IMG/VR virus record: IMGVR_UViG_3300025013_000002
Location: 1 to 64,000 of that record
Direction: 5' to 3' (one strand)
DNA from: a virus
DNA: 64,000 nucleotides
Shown: one piece after another, positions 46,070 to 55,006 of the stretch
Layout: each line of letters begins with the position of its first letter
Position numbering within the stretch: position 1 is the first letter of the stretch
Made by a program: the position numbers and the translations under genes
Notes under the pieces: generated by a model
Told to the model about the DNA's origin: nothing
Seen by the model: the letters and a program-made list of their open reading frames with translations, nothing else
Databases searched by the model: none

Positions 46070-46711
46070 TTTTTTTTTATTCCTCCTAGTTGAGCAGGCA
46101 AGCCTGCAAGAGTTCAACCAAAATTCTGAGTTGTTCAGGGTCGAGGTTCATTTTTGGATCTCCCCTGTCGAGTAATAAACCTGGCCGTCGATCACGATCT
46201 GGTAGCTTTTGAGACCTTCGGCATCGGCCAGTTGCCTCATGTAAGCCTTAATCTGCTCGGTGCTCGAAATGTTGAACTCTCCACTGAATGGAACCCAGTT
46301 GTACTCACCAGGATCTCCGAGTATTTCGACGTAAGCGTAATGCTTGACCATTTGGCACTCTCCTTTACCTTGTTCTGAGAGCAAGGCACCCTCTTCCGGG
46401 GCTGTTTATCCACAAGTGAATGGGAATGTATATGTGAATTTTAGTTTGGCCTTTGTAGGGCATCCTCGTTCGATTCAGCCCAAATCCTTTGCAGGTCGAA
46501 CCTGCTCCTGTACCAAGCCAGATCCTCGATCCTGGTCATGCTGACTCCGGTGGCTTGGTTCTTCCTCGGTTGATCGTAGACGCAGAGCTTGCCGTCCTCG
46601 ATCTCGTACCAGCGTTGAGCTTTCATTGATCCTCCCAATCCTGGTACACTTTCCAAAGCGCCCAGAGTGTAGCTGCTACGATGACGAAGAAGATGAGGTG
46701 GATGGTTTGGG

Positions 46712-46996
46712 TCATTTCGAGCCCTCCTTGGCTTTTCTGATTGCTTCGCGAGCTTTGCGCCAATCAGATGCTAGAGGCGGGTTGTTCCCGGTGTCCTGCC
46801 AGCGCACCAGATTTTCCAACGCCTCCAGCAATTCCGGAGCAGCCGCCATCAAATCCGCATTTGCCTGATATTCCTCCTCGTAGCGGTTGTAGACCAAGGC
46901 GATGTCGTAATCCCGTTCATCCGAAACGATTCCTTGGCTGTGATCTCCAGCGTGGTTGACTAGGCGCCAAGGACCTGGGGAAAATTTATTTTTCAT
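46712..46996 (-). CDS. PGPW / AN..L..AAPELLEAL family protein
   Basis: FSPGPWRL...QANADLMAAAPELLEALE. Confidence 0.75.
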   Translation of the reverse strand: MKNKFSPGPWRLVNHAGDHSQGIVSDERDYDIALVYNRYEEEYQANADLMAAAPELLEALENLVRWQDTGNNPPLASDWRKAREAIRKAKEGSK

Positions 46997-47279
46997 TTTG
47001 AACTCCTTTTGCTTTGGCTACGACCCGGCGAGCCTCTTCCCAGGATGCTGTGTCAGGTAAGCCCCAAATCGTGATTAGATCCTCCAGCGCTGCGAGAAGT
47101 TCTGGAGCTGCTGAGATCAAGGCACAATTTGCCTCGTCGATTTCCGTTACCTGCTCACTGGTGAGGTGGGGAAGTACGTCTTCAGGATCGAGTTGAATTT
47201 GGGCTCCAAGAATCTTGTAGAATCCGTCCCTGTAGCCCTCCACGTTCCAGGGCATAGGTGTAAATTTATTGGTGCTCAT
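46986..47279 (-). CDS. PW / AN..LI.AAPELL.AL family protein, close paralogue of 44606-44920
   Basis: PWNVEGYRDGFYKILGAQIQLDPED versus PWNVTGYLDGYYKILGAQIELDPED. Confidence 0.75.
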   Translation of the reverse strand: MSTNKFTPMPWNVEGYRDGFYKILGAQIQLDPEDVLPHLTSEQVTEIDEANCALISAAPELLAALEDLITIWGLPDTASWEEARRVVAKAKGVQNEK

Positions 47280-47692
47280 ATCTTCCTCCCAGCCGCTATC
47301 AAAATAAAAGCGGCGAATGCTCCGGTTAATGTTAGAAGCTGCAGGGCTCCGATGGTTTGGTCGAAGAGGGTCATTTTTGGACCTCCAATTCCTTCCTGAT
47401 CCAAGCCGCGAGGTCATCTGGTCTGCAACCAGCGGAAGGCCAATTTTTGACCATCCGGTCGAACTCGCGGATCTTCATTTCTTGGTTTTGCTGGATTACT
47501 TCGCTCGCTTCCAGACCCATCTCCCTATAAATGTGACTGGCGTTGTCGCCAGTGTTCTTGGCACTGACGGATTTGTCTGTGGCCAAATCGGTCCAGGTAA
47601 AGGCCTAATAGCGGTTGCAGTAGGTGTCCGCTTTGGAATTGTAGATGGTGATTTGGGCTTTGATTTGTCGGATCATTTTAGGCCTCCTCTTG

Positions 47693-48337
47693 TTAGTCCC
47701 CGCTCGGAAAGTTCTTGCAAACCTGGATGTGCCTGGTCTTAATCTGTTCGTCTGACATGACTGCTCTTGGTCCGCGACGGTAAATCTGCAGCGCCAAGTT
47801 AAGTGCAGCGCCCCACTGAGATCCAGATAAGCCTAGAGCCTCAATCCGTTTGTTCGCAAATCCTGCAGCTTTAATTTCCTTCTGGTTCCTCTGCCAAGTC
47901 TCTTGGTCCTCCCAGGCTGAATAGTCGTAGCCCCTCTCAAGCAAATGCCTAAGAATCTCAGCGGTTGTAATTTGGATAGCTTGCTCGTACCCAGGACCAA
48001 ACCCTCCCATCGAAATTGACCGGACTGATTTTCCTTTGTCCCATCTGTTCAACCAGTCAGCAGCATCAGTGCCGTAGATCTCGATCTGGCCGTGCTCTTT
48101 GTCCTCTGCTTCGGTGCGATAGAAAACTTTCTTTCCGTCAAGGAACACTCCGCGCACCACAAAGCCTATCCCACGACCGTAGAATCTTATTTCCATACCT
48201 TCCTCTGGAATCACAGGGGAGGAACTAGGGATGAAGAAACCCCACCCGTCATGCTTGGTAATCTCCCATCCATTACCTACGGCGTTAACTTTTTTGATTG
48301 TGGCTACTTCGAACTGCAAGTCATTTTCCGGGAACAT
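47693..48337 (-). CDS. hypothetical protein
   Basis: 214 aa, AAGGAG RBS preceded by motif B. Confidence 0.75.
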   Translation of the reverse strand: MFPENDLQFEVATIKKVNAVGNGWEITKHDGWGFFIPSSSPVIPEEGMEIRFYGRGIGFVVRGVFLDGKKVFYRTEAEDKEHGQIEIYGTDAADWLNRWDKGKSVRSISMGGFGPGYEQAIQITTAEILRHLLERGYDYSAWEDQETWQRNQKEIKAAGFANKRIEALGLSGSQWGAALNLALQIYRRGPRAVMSDEQIKTRHIQVCKNFPSGD

Positions 48338-48408
48338 AATTTTTCTCCTTTAAATGTGAAATCTCACTTTTCTGGGAGACTCCCGAAGGAGCCTCCCTCC
48401 TTCATAAC

Positions 48409-49011
48409 CTACTCCCCGAAGTAGAAGCAGCGGCAGTATTCAAGCACGATCTCTTCCTCCTCGGAAGTCAATTCAAGAGGTTCCCAAGGAGTGAACCAGT
48501 CCTGGTAGAAGATCTCGGCGGACTCGGGCTGGTTCCACTGACCGAGTTCCCCCTCGATCTTAACCGCAGGTCCTCCGGTGCAGAGTAGGATCTGGAACTC
48601 TTCGGCGGAGTGATCCTCCGAGCCGGGGCAATACCAACCCGAGCGGACCTGAACCGAGAGGGGATCTTCGTTGATACGCTGGCGAGCGTCGTCGGCGTCT
48701 TTGCACTCGCCTGCTTCGGCTTCGAGTTCGTCGAGTTCCTCCTGATTTTCTTCTTCCCAATCCGAGAGTGCTTTTTCCGCCTCGTCGTTAGCCTCCTTCA
48801 ATTCGAGGTAGCTGGCAGCCCTGAGGTTGCAGTTGTCCGCGTAATCCTTGAGATCTCTTGCAGCGGTTGTGAGTGTGTCGCGGAGATCCTTCTTCTCCTC
48901 CCTCAACTCCTCCAGCCGATCCCAATCCAAATTCAACGCCGCCACCATTTCCTTAATGGATTCAAACTGCGCTCGGGCCTGGTCTTTCGCTCTTTCGTTG
49001 TCGTTGCTCAT
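48409..49011 (-). CDS. highly acidic coiled-coil protein
   Basis: Glu/Asp-rich; C-terminal ILLCTGGPA..I.G.L......YQDWFTPW; motif B before RBS. Confidence 0.75.
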   Translation of the reverse strand: MSNDNERAKDQARAQFESIKEMVAALNLDWDRLEELREEKKDLRDTLTTAARDLKDYADNCNLRAASYLELKEANDEAEKALSDWEEENQEELDELEAEAGECKDADDARQRINEDPLSVQVRSGWYCPGSEDHSAEEFQILLCTGGPAVKIEGELGQWNQPESAEIFYQDWFTPWEPLELTSEEEEIVLEYCRCFYFGE

Positions 49012-49094
49012 TTTGTTGCCTCCTTGTTTAGGAAATGTGAAATCTCACTTTCCTATTGTTAGAGAAAAATAATGGATATACTCAAAGATTTTAC

Positions 49095-49124
49095 TTGACA
49101 CGGGGCCAGCACTCGTGGTATAAT
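49095..49124 (+). promoter_or_regulatory. antisense promoter element 3
   Basis: TTGACA-18-TATAAT with extended -10 TG, facing against the surrounding minus-strand genes. Confidence 0.6.
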
Positions 49125-49305
49125 GCGGCTACTTTTCCGAAAGGAAAATAATATATAGTACTTATATAGCCACGATTTAAGCCTCCCTGATTCCCTCCTC
49201 TTCCTGCTCTAGCAGACACTCCGGACAAATGCAACCTGGATTTTTGGTTGTTTGGTGGAAATGCCTGTCGCATAGGACGCATTCGGTGGTCATTGGTGGG
49301 CCTCC

Positions 49306-49935
49306 TTATCCCTGATAAATTTTCCCGTCGTCTCCGACGTACAAGTCCACTTCCCCGAATCGCTTAGAAGAAGATGTCAGCCGCTCGCCAGCATCTTTAG
49401 GCCAATCCCCATCCCAGAATCCACAGCCGTGTCCGTTCCGGGTGAGCCAGAAGTCGTGTCCTGCCTTGGTGAAATCCAGGCCGATGTCCTCCCAATTCTC
49501 GTTGATGAAGCGGGCGCAGTCCTCGTCCATTTTTTGAAACGTCTCTGGCGCGAGGTCTGAGATTCCGTAGTTGTAGTCGAGCGGAATGTCCTGGTCGTCT
49601 GTGGAAGACCACAGCGTGGCCTCAATATAAGCCGTTAGAAATTCGTTGATCGAGGGGATCTCCTCCGCATTAGGGAAGATCTCTTTGAATTTCATCCTAG
49701 CCTCATTCCAATCAGCAGCCCTCAAAAATGCCGCCTGCTCCTCGTCGTCTCCATCTCCCCAGGCTACGAAGAGAGGTTCACCACAGCCCCAGTAAGCACC
49801 GCCTGGGTCGTACCCCTCGTGGAGCGGGACCTGCTCGATGTTGATCCGAGTGACGGAATCGGCTTCCTGGAGCGAGTCAGGTCGGCCCATTTGGGCTCCA
49901 GCAGTTGAATATGCTTTCGTGTAGTTGAATTTCAT
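49306..49935 (-). CDS. acidic two-domain conserved phage protein
   Basis: GA.MGR...GYD.GGAYWG.G N-domain; F..AYIEA.LWSS...AGHDFWLTRNGHG.GFWD.DW C-domain. Confidence 0.75.
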   Translation of the reverse strand: MKFNYTKAYSTAGAQMGRPDSLQEADSVTRINIEQVPLHEGYDPGGAYWGCGEPLFVAWGDGDDEEQAAFLRAADWNEARMKFKEIFPNAEEIPSINEFLTAYIEATLWSSTDDQDIPLDYNYGISDLAPETFQKMDEDCARFINENWEDIGLDFTKAGHDFWLTRNGHGCGFWDGDWPKDAGERLTSSSKRFGEVDLYVGDDGKIYQG

Positions 49936-50187
49936 TTCATCCTCCGAAATGTTGTATAGCTTTGTCCGTTCGCATAGCAGCGATGCGAGACAGCGCCGGT
50001 AATGTCATCCCCGCACTTAGGGCAGCAGGCTTTATAGGGAGGCTTCGGTACCTCAACGAAGGAATTTTCGTGGGCGTACCCTGTGTACTCCCGCCCACAG
50101 TAGGAGCAACTTAGTTCTACTGTGACCCCACTGCCCAGGATCACTTTGTCCTCCCGAAGAGGCATTCCGCATTTGCAGGTCATGGAT

Positions 50188-50649
50188 TTAGTCCTCCCCT
50201 AGTATGGCGAATCGAGTCCTGCTCCCTGCCAAGTAGGTCCCACAGCAGTCGCAGTCACTCGTAGAGAATTCGTCTTCTCCGTGCTCTCTTTCACTGAGTT
50301 CCGCGCTGGAGCAATGAGGGCAACCAGGGACTTCTTCGGGCTCGCTGCAGTCGGAGCACTCCAGCCCTTCCTCTACTTGCCAAGTGCATCCTTCGCAGTC
50401 CGGGTTTTTCACCTTGATCAAGTTGCTCTCCAGCAGGTACTCTCCGCAGTCGTAGCAGGTGAACTCCTTTTCGTCGGTGCAGTCTAAGACTAGGTGAGGG
50501 CCTAGATCCGCCAGTCCTCTGTCGATAGCTTCGATCTTGGCGTCAAGCTCCTTCCCATCCAGGTAATAACCCAAGCCAGAGTAATCGGCGTTGACTGCTA
50601 CCATCGTGCAGTCGGCGCAGAGCCAGATGTCGCGGTGAAGAACTTTCAT
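50188..50649 (-). CDS. Cys-rich acidic protein
   Basis: Multiple CxxC pairs; motif B directly before GGAGG. Confidence 0.7.
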   Translation of the reverse strand: MKVLHRDIWLCADCTMVAVNADYSGLGYYLDGKELDAKIEAIDRGLADLGPHLVLDCTDEKEFTCYDCGEYLLESNLIKVKNPDCEGCTWQVEEGLECSDCSEPEEVPGCPHCSSAELSEREHGEDEFSTSDCDCCGTYLAGSRTRFAILGED

Positions 50650-50680
50650 TTCATCCTCCAAAAAAAATGTGAGATTTCAC

Positions 50681-51214
50681 TTAGTAGCCAAGCGTCTCTT
50701 CCTCGTCGCCGCCCAAGCACGCTTCTTCGCGCTCGTCCTCTTCCTCCTGGTATTCGCGCTCCTTCTCGGCAGCATCTTCTGCCAACGAATCGGCAGCGTA
50801 GGCCGCGCTAACTTCGTCGTCGTAGATGTGGTCCGTCTCGACGGAAGTAGCCATGCCTTCACCCATCGACCAGCCCACGATAAAACCTCTGTCGTGGTTA
50901 AGCCGGATCACGATTCCTCGGATTTTATCGCTGTCGCCGTACTCGTCGGTGTACCAGCCGGTGTGCCCAATCGAGGCGTCCGCCACCTCATCGCACCATT
51001 TCCAGCGGTGGATAGGATTCGAGAAGTCGCTGTCGAGGTAGCAGGAGAACCCATCGGCGTTAGGCGTCGGCGCCGAGTAATAACCTCCGGTGTGCTTGTA
51101 TCGCTCCTGGCGCTGCTTCTTGGTTCCCTTCGGTAACTCACTCAGGTATTTAGGGAAATTGAATCCGGCGAAGGTGAATTCCGTTTCAAGCTTGCGTTGG
51201 CGTCCTTTTAACAT
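50681..51214 (-). CDS. acidic hypothetical protein
   Basis: ATG 51214 after AAGGAGG; HTGWYTD...IRGIV.RL; Glu-rich tail. Confidence 0.75.
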   Translation of the reverse strand: MLKGRQRKLETEFTFAGFNFPKYLSELPKGTKKQRQERYKHTGGYYSAPTPNADGFSCYLDSDFSNPIHRWKWCDEVADASIGHTGWYTDEYGDSDKIRGIVIRLNHDRGFIVGWSMGEGMATSVETDHIYDDEVSAAYAADSLAEDAAEKEREYQEEEDEREEACLGGDEEETLGY

Positions 51215-51434
51215 GGGGTGCCTCCTTAAATGTGAATATTCACTTCTGAATTGATTAGCGCCAAACCTGGAGGTCAAATTTTGAATCCTCCGGGAACCTC
51301 TGCTTCATTTTTTGAACTGCCTCTTCCTCCGAAGCGGCGTCGATGTAATACCCTTGTCTTGCTGAAGGATCTTTGTGTCCGGGGCATCCTGGCTCGTAAA
51401 GATCGGGACGGGTTAGGCGGAATTGAGGCATGGT

Positions 51435-51749
51435 TTAGTCCTCCTTCTGGGTGCTCAGTTTGTCAAGTGCTGCACCCCACTTTGTGAGCCTGTCCTCTTC
51501 AACTTTGAGGGATGCCCGCTGCCTTTCGATGCTCTCAGCAGCACTTTTGATTTCTGCCTGAGCCTCAACCAGAGCGGATTCCAGGTCAGGGTGGTACATA
51601 TCAACTCCACAGCGAGCAACCCTACCGTCGCCATATCGAATCTTGAGGGAGGGTAACCTGCATCCCGGCAAAATGCCCTCTTCAAGTACGGTTATCGTTT
51701 CAATCGAGATGGTACCATTGTCGTTAAAATGGATGTCATAGCGTTTCAT
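51435..51749 (-). CDS. hypothetical protein
   Basis: ATG 51749 after GGAGG and motif B. Confidence 0.65.
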   Translation of the reverse strand: MKRYDIHFNDNGTISIETITVLEEGILPGCRLPSLKIRYGDGRVARCGVDMYHPDLESALVEAQAEIKSAAESIERQRASLKVEEDRLTKWGAALDKLSTQKED

Positions 51750-51777
51750 CTTGTCCTCCCTCGTAAAATGTGATATT

Positions 51778-52161
51778 TCACTTTTTGCTTCGTTCACTCA
51801 ACTCATCGACCGCCAGAATATTGCTGAAGTAATCCCCTTCGTTCCCTGCGGAGGAATACTTCTCGTTCACGAAATCATCCTCCTCAAATCCCTGCTCCAG
51901 AGCGTCCTTCCTGAGTTCCTCGATATAATCCGGATCTGCGAAGTAGCCTTTGTACCCCTTGTCCTTGCAGTAGTCGGCTATGGCGTCGTGGCAGGCGCCT
52001 AGATCCGAGTTCCCGTGAATCAAAAATCCTGCCGAGACATAGCAGCCGGTGTCGAGCCAGATGATGTAGGTATTGGGCCAGAAGTGCTTGTCTGAAGGAT
52101 TCACGTAGTCGATGGATTTGCGGCACTCCCGGAGCCACTTGGCGAATTCAGTTCGTTCCAT
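51778..52161 (-). CDS. acidic hypothetical protein
   Basis: AGGAGG RBS after motif B. Confidence 0.7.
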   Translation of the reverse strand: MERTEFAKWLRECRKSIDYVNPSDKHFWPNTYIIWLDTGCYVSAGFLIHGNSDLGACHDAIADYCKDKGYKGYFADPDYIEELRKDALEQGFEEDDFVNEKYSSAGNEGDYFSNILAVDELSERSKK

Positions 52162-52662
52162 TTCCTACCTCCTAAAAAATGTGAGATTTCACTTTTTACT
52201 ACCTAAACATCCAGCTACACATCACCAAGCCGCAGACAGCAACCAAACAAACCAAGATCCTCCCTACGGCGGCTTCAGTTTCCCTTTTCTGTTCGAATTG
52301 GGCTCTCTGTTTGAGGACGGTGGTGGAGACGTAGTTCACGAAACCACCTCCACTCTCTCCATCCTGAGATCGACCCAAGCCAATCCATCGTTAAACTGCA
52401 CCAGGACCATATCCGCCAATTCTTCAAGGCAGTGACCAATTCCGGTTCCGATTACGTAAACTTTTTGATTTTTCATTTTGTGGCTCCTTTTCCCGTAAAA
52501 TGTGAGAATTCACTTTTCCATCAAGATTCACTTCTGAATACCTTAAGCCACCAAAATCCTCACCACGTAAGGATGGCCGTAGTTCATGAACCAGTCCCAG
52601 GTCGTTTTGATCCTTCTTGTCTTGCCTGATTTAGTTCTGACTTCGCAGATGATCGTCATGGC

Positions 52663-53079
52663 TTAGTCCTCCTTTTCTGGCGCCGTATTGCGCGCATCGC
52701 AGATTTCCCATTCATTCAAGCTTTCGTCCACCACATGGACCATCTCAGCGACAGCCACCCTTTTCCCGCAGGAGTCGCAGGCTCTCATCGTGGGGTCCTC
52801 TAAATACATCCCTTCCCCACAACAAGGGCAGCGCTCGCCGTTGTCTTCGATTTCCCCTCGCTTAGACTTTTGCTCACAATCGGGGCACTTTATTTCCTCG
52901 CCTCTAGCCTCCCGTTCGATTTCATGCTCGATGTACTCTTCTGCCAGGGTCTCGGAGCGAAATGCGGAAACGTGGCCATACCTACCAAGCAACTCGTTCC
53001 ACCTCTCGACAGCTACCCAGCCAATCCCGGTTTGCCCTGCAGGCACAATTCTGTAAAATGGGATTTTGATGAATTTCAT
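52663..53079 (-). CDS. zinc-ribbon hypothetical protein
   Basis: CPDC, CPCC, CDSC; AAGGAG after motif B. Confidence 0.7.
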   Translation of the reverse strand: MKFIKIPFYRIVPAGQTGIGWVAVERWNELLGRYGHVSAFRSETLAEEYIEHEIEREARGEEIKCPDCEQKSKRGEIEDNGERCPCCGEGMYLEDPTMRACDSCGKRVAVAEMVHVVDESLNEWEICDARNTAPEKED

Positions 53080-53109
53080 TTTGTGGCTCCTTTCGTAAAA
53101 TGTGAAGTT

Positions 53110-53406
53110 TCACTTTTTACCTTTCAGCCATTCCCTAATCCGAATCATCCCCTCGCTGCTAATCTGCCAGACCGGAACTCCACCATCCAGATAAAGGCCC
53201 CTCTCTTGGTCGCCTTCCATTAAAGTGCTTAGGTAGTACCTGGACACGAACTGACCGAAGTCCGTATGATCGTAACGGCAGTCATAGAATTCGACCGTCG
53301 GATCATCTTGGTCGTGCTCCAGGCAGAAATTGAGTCCGTATTTATCACCTTTTTGTACGATCCGGACGAGCCAGATCATTCCTTGGTCGTTGAATATTTT
53401 GATCAT
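53110..53406 (-). CDS. conserved hypothetical protein
   Basis: VRIV..GD.YG...CL......VEFYD.RY.....GQFVSRYY..TL.....GL.LDGGVP.W. Confidence 0.7.
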   Translation of the reverse strand: MIKIFNDQGMIWLVRIVQKGDKYGLNFCLEHDQDDPTVEFYDCRYDHTDFGQFVSRYYLSTLMEGDQERGLYLDGGVPVWQISSEGMIRIREWLKGKK

Positions 53407-53557
53407 TTTTGAGCCCTCCTACCGCACCATTTTCGATGAAGAAGTTGTTCGGGTACTTCAGCTCCAGGCAGTAGACGATGGTTTCCAGTGGGAATCCTCT
53501 GTTGACCAGTTGCTGCACGTAGGCTTGCCAAGGCAGTTTCATTTTTAACCTCCTTCT

Positions 53558-53615
53558 GACCGCAGGTTTCCTCAGGTTGATTGCTTCGCAGGAGAACATG
53601 AGGAAACCTGCGGTC
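53558..53615. repeat. hairpin element C, copy 1
   Basis: GACCGCAGGTTTCCTCA-24 nt-TGAGGAAACCTGCGGTC. Confidence 0.85.
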
Positions 53616-53626
53616 CAACTATCAAG

Positions 53627-53836
53627 CTACTCAGCCCACATTACCAGATCCGAGAAAAGACCCTCGGCCTCTGGGAGTTCCCACAGCCCGTCTTTGTTCC
53701 TGGAGGCTATTATCGTGTCTCCGTCAGGTCCGCTCCTCAGTTCTCCGTAGGTTATTTGCATGTAATCCGAGAAGGGGCCTAAGTCCTCACTCATGGTCGA
53801 GGTAGCAACATTTTCACCGCGTACATAGTAATTCAT
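53627..53836 (-). CDS. hypothetical protein
   Basis: ATG 53836 after AAGGAG. Confidence 0.6.
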   Translation of the reverse strand: MNYYVRGENVATSTMSEDLGPFSDYMQITYGELRSGPDGDTIIASRNKDGLWELPEAEGLFSDLVMWAE

Positions 53837-53963
53837 TTTATTCTCCTTTTGGTTGATGGTGGTTGAACTCGGTCGATTCAAATAAATGTGAAATTTCACT
53901 TTTACGAAAACCTCAGTAAGATAGCCGTCGCCCAAACAACTCCGAGCCAAACTATAGGTGCCA

Positions 53964-54260
53964 TCATATCGTCCCTCCGTGCTTTCGGATAATCTCCCGG
54001 ACAACTTCCAGAGGGACGTATGAATAAACGGGAGAACCTTCGTAGGTATGATAAGGAGCCAAAAGTTCTTCTGGTTTGTTAGGGAACCCAACCTCGACAT
54101 CCGAGTACAAAGCGAGCTTGAAGAAGTCCATTGTCTTAGGACAACAAGCGTGACGATCGCTTGCCTGGACACTCATCATAAACCCGTCTTTGCACACGAT
54201 CTGAGGGAATAAAACTCCCTGGGTCCTTGTGGGAAGTTTGATTTCAATTTTGGTGGACAT
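53964..54260 (-). CDS. conserved phage hypothetical protein
   Basis: IVCKDGF.MSVQAS..H.C.P....VEVGFP......VY.YVP..VV..II.KHGG. Confidence 0.75.
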   Translation of the reverse strand: MSTKIEIKLPTRTQGVLFPQIVCKDGFMMSVQASDRHACCPKTMDFFKLALYSDVEVGFPNKPEELLAPYHTYEGSPVYSYVPLEVVREIIRKHGGTI

Positions 54261-54602
54261 TTGGATCTCCTTTGTAATTACGGGCTATTTCCGAAATGGG
54301 CGGATAGGGATGAGGGGAAAGAACTTTATAAAACCTTTGTCTTGGCGTTTATAGCGGGTTTGGATCTTTTCGTCAAGCATTTTAATTCACATGTGTATTT
54401 AAATTGGAATGTGAAACCTCACTTTTATGGTTTATTTGACGGGCGAATCAGGTAAACTACGCAAACTTTGCATAGCTGGTGTAAAACCTTATTAAATACG
54501 CAGGTTTAGTCAGGTTTCTAGCGGAGCTTGGATATTGAGTTATGCCTGCGGTGGATTAGGGAGGATGCAGGATCAGTCAATTTTCCAGCGAAGCTTTAAT
54601 CA

Positions 54603-54646
54603 TGAGGAAACCTGCGGTTGAATTGGGAGCTTCGCAGGTTTCCTCA
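54603..54646. repeat. hairpin element C, arm-swapped copy
   Basis: TGAGGAAACCTGCG-16 nt-CGCAGGTTTCCTCA. Confidence 0.8.
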
Positions 54647-54689
54647 ATTTTAATGCGAAGCTGGTTGGCTTGAGGCGGACTGCGAGGTA

Positions 54690-54902
54690 TTAAAGCACTT
54701 CTTTCTCCGTGACGAAGTATTCGCGCTCGAAACCTTCGGGAGCGTTGATCTGCCATTCCTGGCCTTTGGCGTGCGCCTTTTCGCTGGAGGAAAAGAGGAA
54801 GGTTTCAACCCAGCGATCATCCGAGTAGGGCTCAAGGGTGTCTTCAATCTGCGCGAGTTCATAGACGATCATTTTAATTTCTCCTTTTTCTCGTTTCCCC
54901 AA
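54690..54902 (-). CDS. small acidic hypothetical protein
   Basis: AAGGAG RBS before the internal MIVYEL; true start is probably that ATG. Confidence 0.55.
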   Translation of the reverse strand: MGKREKGEIKMIVYELAQIEDTLEPYSDDRWVETFLFSSSEKAHAKGQEWQINAPEGFEREYFVTEKEVL

Positions 54903-54976
54903 GTTCCAACGCGTTTCCCTTCCTAGATCAAAAAGGATATACGCGCCGGTCCTGGGGGTTTTTAGGTAGTTCGTTT

Positions 54977-55006
54977 AGGCGCTATGTGAAATTTCACATA
55001 GCGCCT
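54977..55006. repeat. perfect 30-bp palindrome centred on motif B
   Basis: AGGCGCTATGTGAAA|TTTCACATAGCGCCT. Confidence 0.9.
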
